64,000 nt of DNA from positions 42,829 through 106,828 of the forward strand of contig MNGN01000045.1 in assembly GCA_001918745.1 (NCBI GenBank). Direction: 5' to 3'. The notes under the pieces were generated by a model, which ran no database searches, had not been told where the DNA came from, and was given only the letters and a program-made list of their open reading frames with translations. The position numbers were made by a program, and so were the translations under genes. This DNA comes from Crenarchaeota archaeon 13_1_40CM_3_52_17. GTDB lineage: Archaea; Thermoproteota; Bathyarchaeia; 40CM-2-53-6. This document shows positions 55,533 to 63,871 of the stretch, piece after piece. Within the stretch, counting starts at the first letter, position 1. Each line of letters opens with the position of its first letter.

Positions 55533-56657
55533 ATGACTTCTGTAGCTCTTTCAGAACTCCTGCGACAAGGAAGAGTCATTGATCCAAACCTCCGATTGAT
55601 GTCTGTCCAATGCCCAAAATGTCGGAGTCAAGATGTTCGGCTCAAGCCTCACATTATAGTCATAACTTCAGAAGAAGGGAGGGAAAAACAGATTGCCACC
55701 ATAGCGTGCAAAAGCTGTGGCAACTGGTGGGAAGACAGTCCCGAGAATCTCGCAGTATCTTTTGAACGGCTCCCCCCGTTGGTCTCCGAACTAAAAGGAG
55801 CACCTGAGATTCGAGACGCCGGAATATCCGTCCATATTCAGACCAATCTACACTTGCGTAGCCAGACAAACGCTGAACAAGTTATTCACTGTCTGCTTGA
55901 TGCTGGAGGACTGTTTATTCCTGAAACATTTGAAGGGGACAATGGGCGAAGAACTCTGTTCAACGCGAGCGACCTAACCGTCCCCTTGAATGGCTGGACT
56001 AACGGATGGATCGTTGGCAAGGATAGACTCCCCGGAATCATGACAAAACGACTGAAGCCTTTCAAGGTGCTCTTTAACGTCATGACGACCGATTTTGTAA
56101 TGTTCGATTATCTTAGCTTGTATTTTTGTCTGGACAAGAATGGAGTTTTGGATCCCAAACGCGCCAAGTTATTCGATCAATTCGTTGGTCCGGCTAAGCT
56201 CGTCACCGTTGCGAAGTCATTGTATGGTGCGGTCGGAGCGAATCGTGGAGACATAAGAAACGACTTCCACGAAGAACCTCTTGGCACGTGGAAAAAAGAC
56301 AATGCGAGAGGATGGAACCCCCCAAAAGTGAGACATGCACTCCAAGGGTTGTTTTGGGCGAATTTCTTCGGTCCCGAATACGTTGACATGTGGGGGCGAG
56401 AAAAAATGTTGTCAGCGCCTTGTTACAGGGCCGAAGAACTTCCGGACGGTGGGGTGATACTCCAGTTATCAGCATCACCTTTCGATGCTTCTAAGCCTGA
56501 ATACGCAGACACGAAACAGCGGCTCTACGACTACTTGGGTGAAGATGCCTTCACTGGCAAGACTCTACCGAAGTTCAGAATAGGAGAGGGACGAAAGAAG
56601 AGAGACGCAAGACCCCTCAGAGAAACCGGAGGGGTTAGGGACAACATTTTCAACTGA
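55533..56657 (+). CDS. zinc-ribbon-containing hypothetical protein
   Basis: 374 aa. An N-terminal CPKCRSQDV...(29 aa)...CKSCGNWW is followed by a large uncharacterised domain (GLFWANFFGPEYVDMWGREKMLSAP...). Confidence 0.6.
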   Translation: MTSVALSELLRQGRVIDPNLRLMSVQCPKCRSQDVRLKPHIIVITSEEGREKQIATIACKSCGNWWEDSPENLAVSFERLPPLVSELKGAPEIRDAGISVHIQTNLHLRSQTNAEQVIHCLLDAGGLFIPETFEGDNGRRTLFNASDLTVPLNGWTNGWIVGKDRLPGIMTKRLKPFKVLFNVMTTDFVMFDYLSLYFCLDKNGVLDPKRAKLFDQFVGPAKLVTVAKSLYGAVGANRGDIRNDFHEEPLGTWKKDNARGWNPPKVRHALQGLFWANFFGPEYVDMWGREKMLSAPCYRAEELPDGGVILQLSASPFDASKPEYADTKQRLYDYLGEDAFTGKTLPKFRIGEGRKKRDARPLRETGGVRDNIFN

Positions 56658-56781
56658 AACCAAATCCAAGATTCCAAGCGGCTCCTCTGGAAATAAAGAT
56701 GTCCGAAATTTACGACAAGACTAAGGGTTCTCGTACAATGATTTCAACTGGACAGACCAAAAACTCGATCGTGGACGCGGG

Positions 56782-57102
56782 CTACTGAACCCTGATTTCA
56801 ACGCCAACGGTTCTCTTGATGAGATCGGCTAACAGGTCAACCTGGGACTTGCTACCGCGTCTTGTTGGAATCGATACAACCAGTGGGAGTTCGATCTCCT
56901 TCTTTCCTTGTCCAACCTTGTCCTTAATCCAATCGAAGACCGTGTCGGTGACAATCACAAGCGAGACTGTCTGCTTGTTTTTGATGTCTTCGAAGGTCTT
57001 GACGGCCTCGTCTTCAGACTTCACGATCCAGCTGTTCTTGACCCCGCCGAGTTTGAAGTAGATCGCTGTCTCCTTGTCCGCCATGACTCCAATTTTTCCC
57101 AT
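56782..57102 (-). CDS. atpF: A/V-type ATP synthase subunit F
   Basis: 106 aa. MGKIGVMADKETAIYFKLGGVKNSWIV...SLVIVTDTVFDWI is a typical subunit F pattern. Confidence 0.75.
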   Translation of the reverse strand: MGKIGVMADKETAIYFKLGGVKNSWIVKSEDEAVKTFEDIKNKQTVSLVIVTDTVFDWIKDKVGQGKKEIELPLVVSIPTRRGSKSQVDLLADLIKRTVGVEIRVQ

Positions 57103-57113
57103 GGCTCGCTTGC

Positions 57114-57800
57114 CTACTTGAATATCCAGCCCGTTTCGCGCGACCAGAACAGGAGGTCAAGATCCGCTAACGGTATTCGTATCTCCCGCGAGAAACCACG
57201 AAGCTTCTCCTCAATCTCCAAATAGCGTTTCTTCGTGATCGAAACCGGCACCTCAGAAATAACATCCAGCCTCTTGAGGTTTCTCAGAATATGCCTGTCT
57301 AGGATGGCGAATTCCTCCCCGAGCCCGACGTTGCGGAGAAAATGGCTGGCCTCTTTGTAGCCTAGTCCCCTCACATTCTCCACCATCCATTCCCGCAACT
57401 CGAACAGGTTTGCGAAGCTGGAGAGGTGGGACTTGAGGAAGAGCTTGCCATCTTTGCTGAATGTCGCTCTAGCCTCGACAATATACCTCGCCTTACTGTC
57501 ACCGAACCGGACATCGTTTAGCTGCGGTTGAATCTCGCTAGCCTCTCCTTTCAAGAGAAGGCTTCGTTCTTTGAGCCGGGACACTGCAGCCCAGCAGGTT
57601 TTCGCGGACGACTGCGGTGTCAGCAGGCAGAAGCAGAGTTCGGCAAAAACATCATCGTCATTGCGATTGAGAACCTGTTTGAATTCGTTTAGTCGTGTCT
57701 GAATAGCATCGCGTTTCTCGCCGTAAAGTATCTGGAGTTCCTGAACAGATTTCTCGCGTTCTCTCGGTGAGAGTTCCATACTAGAATTGTTTGAGAACAT
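57114..57800 (-). CDS. ogg: archaeal-type 8-oxoguanine DNA glycosylase/lyase (Ogg2-like, HhH-GPD)
   Basis: FCLLTPQSSAKTCWAAV, GLGYKEASHFLRNVGLGEEFAILDRHI. Confidence 0.8.
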   Translation of the reverse strand: MFSNNSSMELSPREREKSVQELQILYGEKRDAIQTRLNEFKQVLNRNDDDVFAELCFCLLTPQSSAKTCWAAVSRLKERSLLLKGEASEIQPQLNDVRFGDSKARYIVEARATFSKDGKLFLKSHLSSFANLFELREWMVENVRGLGYKEASHFLRNVGLGEEFAILDRHILRNLKRLDVISEVPVSITKKRYLEIEEKLRGFSREIRIPLADLDLLFWSRETGWIFK

Positions 57801-58254
57801 CCGTCTTCTCCATTATTCGGACGCAGTAGTAGCAGCGGAGCCGGAGAGGGTCCTGTTTTTCCACACTGAACCTTGGCTCAACAGGCTCAGCGTTAGACAC
57901 GCACGCTGGATTTGAACAACGAACGATTCCTCTGATGGAATCCGGTAGCTTGACCCTGGTCTTCTCAGCGACCTCGTAGTCTCGAATAATACTGATGGTT
58001 GCGCTCGGCGCTATCAACGCGATCTTATCCACCTCGACGGGTTTGAGCTCTCGGTTCTCAACCTTGACGATGTCCTTCTTGGTCTGCTTCTTCGAGATCA
58101 CGTTCATGGCCACGCTCACGATGTGTCCTTCACGACCGTCTATTCCGAGAATCTTGAGCACGTCCAAGGCATGGCCGGCTAAAATGTGGTCGATCACTGT
58201 TCCATTACGGATTTTCTTAACGTAGAGCTCCTTTGGGCCGGTTCCCTTGGACAA
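57781..58254 (-). CDS. pyrI: aspartate carbamoyltransferase regulatory subunit
   Basis: LYVKKIRNGTVIDHILAGHALDVLKILGI and the zinc domain CSNPACVSN...LRCYYC. It overlaps ogg by 20 nt. Confidence 0.9.
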   Translation of the reverse strand: MSKGTGPKELYVKKIRNGTVIDHILAGHALDVLKILGIDGREGHIVSVAMNVISKKQTKKDIVKVENRELKPVEVDKIALIAPSATISIIRDYEVAEKTRVKLPDSIRGIVRCSNPACVSNAEPVEPRFSVEKQDPLRLRCYYCVRIMEKTDVLKQF

Positions 58255-58323
58255 GACCTTGAACCTCTCCGGCAGGAGCTAGGTTTCATTCTTAATTCCT
58301 TGCTTGAAACAAGACGGGGGATT

Positions 58324-58639
58324 ATGACGGTTGCGTCTCAAGAGTTGAGCTTTCGGACACATCACGAAGGAGATATTCTCGACGTCACAAGAGAGGATCC
58401 AGAGAATCGTCGAATCCTCAAAGATGAAGAATGGAGTTGCAACGATCTTCGTGGCCGGATCAACCGGAGCCCTAACAACAATCGAGTTTGAACCAGGACT
58501 TTTGGGCCGACTTGCCCCTAGCGCTAGAGAGACTCGCGCCTAAAGACGCACCTTACGAGCATGGCAACAGATCGTCTTTCTTGAGCTAGATGTTAGACCG
58601 CGGGACCGAACCGTCATTGTCCAGCTAGTTGGCGAGTAG
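58324..58639 (+). pseudogene. decayed yjbQ/UPF0047-family gene (at least 2 frameshifts plus a ~40-codon internal deletion)
   Basis: Family-like pieces lie in three frames. They read MTVASQELSFRTHHEGDILDVTRE, then IQRIVESSKMKNGVATIFVAGSTGALTTIEFEPGL, then FWADLPLALERLAPKDAPYEHGN, then WQQIVFLELDVRPRDRTVIVQLVGE*. The segment normally found between Y-x-H and (LG)TWQ is missing. Confidence 0.6.
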
Positions 58640-58654
58640 CAGACCTAGAACACG

Positions 58655-58860
58655 CACCCCTACCCCCCTCCTTCCTCTGCAGACTTTGAAGAATCTCCAG
58701 TCCTTTGCGTACAGAATTTAAGATGAATCTACTATGGAAAATGTACAGGTCAGCATAAATCATCGTGATGCAAGTTAACCTTGCCAGTAAGTTTTCTAAA
58801 AGTAACATACACACCCAATGTTAGTTGAGGATTTGCACTGGAAACCATGGGGTGGGGGTA
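58655..58860. other. candidate replication-origin module (inverted ORB-like boxes plus AT-rich spacer)
   Basis: 58655-58684 and 58831-58860 form an imperfect inverted repeat (19/30). The right arm reads TTGCACTGGAAACcatGGGGTGGGGGT. The spacer 58685-58830 is 36% G+C by hand count. Confidence 0.45.
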
Positions 58861-58923
58861 GACCTCCTCTTAAATTGACAATGTTCGAATCCGTGTTTAG
58901 AACGCTGAGGGTTGGTAGGTCTA

Positions 58924-60432
58924 TCACTGGAAGTCGACCATCTTGACGTCAAGGGTTTTCAGGTTAACAACGGGAAGGATTCCCGGCTTAGGGACCAGCC
59001 CCATCCGTTTCTGATAATCCGTCTGCCCTTGCCAGGCACCGCTATTCACTATCGTTGTTCCCCTGTAGACGCCTGCACCTGAAACGTGTATGTGTCCGGA
59101 TGTAAAAACGTCCGGGACTCTATCTATCACCAGGAAATCCTCCTGCTCGGGACCAATCGGCGTCATCTTCCCGTACTCCGGAGACAGGTGTCGGGCCCGT
59201 AGCTGGTACTCCATTACCTCTACTGGACGTTGATAGTCGAGCCCTGGGACTCCACTCAGAATATCCATCAGGCTAGTTCCATGGTAGAGTAGAAACTGGA
59301 CCCCGTGCAAACGGACCTCTGCTGGATCTCCTAGTGGAACAATCTTCCGCGAGTCGTAAACAGGTCCGGCAAAATCTCTCGAGATAGCGGGTTGCGGAAG
59401 GGCCTGGCGTACCGCATCATGATTCCCAGGTATCAAAACCACATCCATGTACTCTGGAATCTCGCTGACGAATTTCGCTGCTATTCGGTACTGTTCATAG
59501 ATGTCGGGAACCGCAAGGTCCACCTCTTGGCGAGGATAGATTCCGATCCCGTCGACAAGGTCGCCCCCGATCAGAACATACTTCACTCTCTCGGCGACTT
59601 CTCGCTGGTTCGGGGTTCCAATCTCTCCTTTCAGCCAGCTTAGAACCCGGCGGAACTCGTCCTCGAGAAACACCTTGCTCCCGATGTGAACGTCGGATAT
59701 CAATGCGGCATAGATCTCTTCGCTAGCGTGGGCCGGCTTTCTATCCGGTATCTCGGGCAGAACAATGCTTTCCGCGATCAGGAGAGGACCAGCAGTTTTC
59801 CGGGCTTGGATGTAAATGACTTGGTCTCTGACGATCTTCCTCGCCATCTCGTACACCGTAGAGTTCTGCCGCCCAACGAGGACAGTGGCTTCATCCTCAT
59901 AGTCGTCAACTGTCAGGAAGATCCTGTCACCTTTCTCTCTCTTTTCGAGGACCATACAGATGAAGCGGCCTCGACCATTTGATCCGCCTGAAAGCGCGTC
60001 GGAAATGGTCCCGGCGTTTCGGGTGTCCATTCTCTGCCTGAAGAGCAGGCTCATCTTGTCGAAACGGTTTCTGAAATAATGGAGAAAATCATCAAAGGCA
60101 CCAGTCGTTCCGAGCTTGCCCGTAGGGTCCGAGACAACTTCTAGCCGAGACTCAAGCTCCTCAGCAAAACGTCGGCCACGTCCCAAACCACCACCCTCAG
60201 TCCCCCTACTCTTCCCCAAGAGGTCTAGCTGTTCGGCAGCTCTGAGGACGAGGTCCCTGCTGATCGATGAGGGCCGCGGCTCTACGGCTCCGGCGACTCG
60301 AAGGACTTCCTTGACAAGAGGGTCAAGCGGGCTTGCTACGCTGACCTCCATGAGGGCCTTGAATGCGTCGCTTTCCATCTGGAACCCTGCTTCCAGTATG
60401 GTGCCGATTGCTCTCTTCCTCTCTTCAGACAT
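58924..60432 (-). CDS. polB: DNA polymerase II (PolD) small subunit DP1
   Basis: 502 aa with the calcineurin-like phosphoesterase motifs ALISDVHIGS, GGDLVDG and PGNHD. The N-terminal and OB regions are typical of DP1. Confidence 0.9.
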   Translation of the reverse strand: MSEERKRAIGTILEAGFQMESDAFKALMEVSVASPLDPLVKEVLRVAGAVEPRPSSISRDLVLRAAEQLDLLGKSRGTEGGGLGRGRRFAEELESRLEVVSDPTGKLGTTGAFDDFLHYFRNRFDKMSLLFRQRMDTRNAGTISDALSGGSNGRGRFICMVLEKREKGDRIFLTVDDYEDEATVLVGRQNSTVYEMARKIVRDQVIYIQARKTAGPLLIAESIVLPEIPDRKPAHASEEIYAALISDVHIGSKVFLEDEFRRVLSWLKGEIGTPNQREVAERVKYVLIGGDLVDGIGIYPRQEVDLAVPDIYEQYRIAAKFVSEIPEYMDVVLIPGNHDAVRQALPQPAISRDFAGPVYDSRKIVPLGDPAEVRLHGVQFLLYHGTSLMDILSGVPGLDYQRPVEVMEYQLRARHLSPEYGKMTPIGPEQEDFLVIDRVPDVFTSGHIHVSGAGVYRGTTIVNSGAWQGQTDYQKRMGLVPKPGILPVVNLKTLDVKMVDFQ

Positions 60433-60501
60433 TGAGCGGCCTCCTGGAACCGTACCTGATACGTAACCGCGGCTTATCCGGTTATCGCGAGACCGGGTCC
60501 G

Positions 60502-61470
60502 TTATCTTGTAATCGTGAGGTCGGATATGTCGACGGAAACCTCGCACATTCTGTTCAGGGCGATGAGTGCGGCGACGAGGTGGTTGACCATTGGACGTGG
60601 GGCTTTCGCTATGCTTGTCTCAGCCTCGGCAAGGATCTTCTTGGTCTCTTTGAATCTCGGACTTACAGATGAGGCGAGTTTGAGGTCTCGTGAGAGGACG
60701 GACCCGACGGCGTCTTTGTACATTGTATTTACTGAGGCTCCGATCTTCTGGAATAGTGACTGTTGTTCCTTTGGAACTGGGATCTTGTCTTGGGTGTTCT
60801 CGGCGACGGTTACTGAGTAGTCGGCGAAGGTTTCGATGTAGCTTGCGAGTAGGCGGAAGTCTAGGCAGTCAACTGAGGAGACTTTGATCTTCTCAAGCAG
60901 GTAGGTGTCGGCGATCGCTGCTCTGACTAGTCGGACTAGCAGAAAGTACCATCTGTCAACTTCCTCATCTCTCTCAACGACTCCGTTAGCAAGCTCGGTG
61001 TTAGATTCTACGAAGGCTTGGACGGCGTCTATCTGCATGGGCATGGACAGCATTTCTAGCCGTCGAAGGATGCGTTCAGGGTTGAGCAGTGAAGGTTCCA
61101 TGAGGCATTGTAGGACGATCTTCTTCGCGTCCTCCTCCAACACCTCCAGCCCTACAAGCCGTTTCGTGGTCTTGCGGACCTCGTCCCTCGTCTCCGGGGA
61201 CAGACTGTCCTTTGATTGAATGCGGATGATGTCGTACCCGAGAAGATATCGCTCGATGATCTCGCGTCTGACGAAGGGGGATGCTTCCAGTATGACTTCG
61301 AGGGGGGGCCTTTCTTCGTCAATTCTTGGGGAGAGGAGGAGTCTCCCGTCTTGGCGTTCTTCGTAGGAGACGACGGACCCTTGATCGAGTCCGACGCGTT
61401 TAGCCCAAGCCTTGGGTATAGTGACGAGGAAAGTGCCGTCTGGTGTTCGTTGAAGTTTCCTTAATTCCAC
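60502..61470 (-). CDS. AbrB/SpoVT-domain plus PhoU-domain regulator
   Basis: The N-terminus is RKLQRTPDGTFLVTIPKAWAKRVGLDQGSVV, followed by two PhoU-like helical repeats. Confidence 0.8.
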   Translation of the reverse strand: MELRKLQRTPDGTFLVTIPKAWAKRVGLDQGSVVSYEERQDGRLLLSPRIDEERPPLEVILEASPFVRREIIERYLLGYDIIRIQSKDSLSPETRDEVRKTTKRLVGLEVLEEDAKKIVLQCLMEPSLLNPERILRRLEMLSMPMQIDAVQAFVESNTELANGVVERDEEVDRWYFLLVRLVRAAIADTYLLEKIKVSSVDCLDFRLLASYIETFADYSVTVAENTQDKIPVPKEQQSLFQKIGASVNTMYKDAVGSVLSRDLKLASSVSPRFKETKKILAEAETSIAKAPRPMVNHLVAALIALNRMCEVSVDISDLTITR

Positions 61471-61549
61471 TTAGAACAACCTATCTTCAACTGATAACAT
61501 TGAAGAATTTTAGGATTTCCTGGTATCTACTATGGAGAGGAGTGCAGCT

Positions 61550-62671
61550 CTAGAGAGCCACTGGAACAAGGGAGACTGAACTGTTCAGGTGATGGTAGGC
61601 CTGCTTCACAACTTCTTCCGTATTGTTTCCCTTCAAAGCGCTTAGCTCCACGAGTGGGACGCCTTCGAACGTTCGCGAGATCAGTTTCTTTCCCTCTTGG
61701 AGCTTGTCGTCGCTGCATAGGTCTGTTTTGTTCGCACAGATGACTAGGGGAACTTTGGGGGCTATCTTCTTGAGGATCTCCTTGGAAGCGGATAGCTTTC
61801 TGAAGACTGATTCTAGGTCTTCACTGACATCGACGAATAGAAGGATAAGGTCTGCGTTCGTTATCTCGCCGAGGGTCGTGTTGAATGCCTTGAGAATTGT
61901 GGGATGCATATCCTCGATAAAACCGATGGAGTCGATTAGTATGAAGCTGAAATTGTCGCCCCCATTGTTTTGATCGATTCTTCTCGCGAACGTGGACAGT
62001 GTCGTGAAAGGTCCAAGGCCGGTATCCTTGTGTTCTGCTGACATGCGATTGAAGAATGTGGTCTTTCCACTCTGCGTGTAACCGGCTAGCGCAACGATGG
62101 GGAAACCTCGTTCCCGCCGGTGATCTCTGAGAAGGTCTTTCTTCGAGTAGAGGTCTCTCAGTTCCTTCTCCATGTTCGCGATCCGCTTCTTGGCCGTTCT
62201 CTCGTAATCATGGTAGGGATAGTCTCCGGGTCCACTCCAGCCGACCTGTCCCCCTAGGATTCCTTCGAGCCGTAGGAATTCTCTGCCCCAGGAGAAGGTG
62301 TATTTGAGTTTGGCTAGCGCGATCTGTAGTTTTGCCTCTTTTGTCATTGCGCGCTTGTCGAAGACTTCGAGGATCAGGAGGTTGCGGTCGATGACTTTGA
62401 TGTCTGTTCCGCCGAGGACACGTTGGATTTTGAAGACTTGGGCGCTTGGGAGGGTGTTGGCGAAGACGACTGCTTCGATATCGTTTTCGGCGACGAGCAT
62501 TTTGATCTCTTCTAGCTTTCCGGGTCCGATGCAGTAGGTGTGGTGGAGGCTCTTCCGGTGTTGAACGATGGTGTCGATTACCTCGTAGCCTATGCTCTCA
62601 GCCATGGTCTCGACCTCCTCGTAACGGGAGGGAGCCGTGGGAATCTGGCACTCTGCTACAAGGGTCCGCAT
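61550..62671 (-). CDS. hflX: GTPase HflX
   Basis: An HflX N-terminal domain is followed by G1 GYTQSGKTT, G3 DSIGF and G4 NKTD. Confidence 0.9.
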   Translation of the reverse strand: MRTLVAECQIPTAPSRYEEVETMAESIGYEVIDTIVQHRKSLHHTYCIGPGKLEEIKMLVAENDIEAVVFANTLPSAQVFKIQRVLGGTDIKVIDRNLLILEVFDKRAMTKEAKLQIALAKLKYTFSWGREFLRLEGILGGQVGWSGPGDYPYHDYERTAKKRIANMEKELRDLYSKKDLLRDHRRERGFPIVALAGYTQSGKTTFFNRMSAEHKDTGLGPFTTLSTFARRIDQNNGGDNFSFILIDSIGFIEDMHPTILKAFNTTLGEITNADLILLFVDVSEDLESVFRKLSASKEILKKIAPKVPLVICANKTDLCSDDKLQEGKKLISRTFEGVPLVELSALKGNNTEEVVKQAYHHLNSSVSLVPVAL

Positions 62672-62986
62672 ATGAGAAGACTTACCTCTAGAATCATGGC
62701 TGGCGCTTATTTGAAGGCCCCGTGCCCCGGACGGGGGTCCGAGGCACTCTGTTCAGGTATGCGAGTGGCCGACCAGTCAGCGCGTCAATCGGCGCATTTC
62801 ACGAAGGGCGCGGCGCGGGAAAAATCGACCCCCCCGGGGGGTCACATAATTGTTAGCGAAAAAGAAATAGTTATGCGAAAAAGAGAGATTTACAAGAAAA
62901 ATAGTTACAGAAGAGATGCGTTTTTCGACTCTTAGACGGGTCGGAAAGACGCTTAAGGAAGCTGACTTAGGCTCAGCTACGAGCTC

Positions 62987-63871
62987 ATGTCAACGACTGC
63001 CAAGAAGCCTGAGCTTAGCAGGACGATGCTTGTTGTCATCATTCTCGTGATAGTCGTGGGTGTTGTCTTTGCGGTTGTCGCGGCGTCAGTGTTTCTAGGT
63101 CCATCCCTCTCGGTTACGAAGAAGAACTTCACGCCCTATCAGTCCTCGGTTTCCGAGAACAACAACAATCCCTCATCGATGACGGTCTCAAACACGAATG
63201 GCGGGGTTACTGTTTCATCATGGGCCCAGGCGTACGTTATGCTTAACGGGACTGTTACAGCCAGAGGTTTTGGGTCATCTCCTGATGCGATCACGTTTGT
63301 GATGTCAAACTCTAGTGGAAACATCGTCTTCCAGGTCGTCTTTCCGTCGAGCAACTTCTTCTTCGGCGCAAGCTACAGCGTAGACGTTCACGTGTACACA
63401 CCATCTTCCACCCAATTCAACACCGTGCAGATCGTAACGGTAAACGGCGACCTGCAGATCTCAAGCATCAGTTCGTCCAGCCTCACCCTTACCGACACGA
63501 ACGGAGGTATCACCGCCTCGAATGTTAGTGCCACAACCGTGACTGCGACAGATACTAACGGATCCGTCAACCTAACTTGCACTTCATGTGGCAGTGCAAC
63601 GGTGACAACGACGAACGGTGGTGTAACCATGGGGCTTTCGACGTTGTCGTTGGGCGGGTCCTACATAGTGACCTCGACGAACGGGAACGTGAACCTCATA
63701 CTGCCAGTCTTTGCCTCCTGCAAGATCACCCCGAACACGACAAACGGGTCTGTATCAGTGGTCTGGCCAGGAGTCCAGCTCACAAATCATTCAACGACAA
63801 GTATCGGGACAGGGAGCGCAGTTGTCAACCTGACAACAGTAAACGGGTCCATAACCGTCACTGGCAAGTAG
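62987..63871 (+). CDS. DUF4097-like beta-strand repeat protein with N-terminal TM
   Basis: There is a TM (MLVVIILVIVVGVVFAVVAASVFL). Repeated TNGG(V/I)T and TNG(S/N)VNL units follow, typical of DUF4097 'putative adhesin' repeats. Confidence 0.7.
   Translation: MSTTAKKPELSRTMLVVIILVIVVGVVFAVVAASVFLGPSLSVTKKNFTPYQSSVSENNNNPSSMTVSNTNGGVTVSSWAQAYVMLNGTVTARGFGSSPDAITFVMSNSSGNIVFQVVFPSSNFFFGASYSVDVHVYTPSSTQFNTVQIVTVNGDLQISSISSSSLTLTDTNGGITASNVSATTVTATDTNGSVNLTCTSCGSATVTTTNGGVTMGLSTLSLGGSYIVTSTNGNVNLILPVFASCKITPNTTNGSVSVVWPGVQLTNHSTTSIGTGSAVVNLTTVNGSITVTGK

Noticed and set aside
58883-58892. GTTCGAATCC, identical to a tRNA T-loop consensus
   Set aside because: The flanking bases do not form a T-stem, and no acceptor, D or anticodon arms can be drawn. 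It is probably chance, or at most a tiny relic.
62540-62935. 131-aa plus-strand ORF spanning the hflX 5' end and the intergenic region
   Set aside because: It overlaps the hflX start in antisense and then runs through GC palindromes and an A-rich repeat tract. Its composition is not protein-like.
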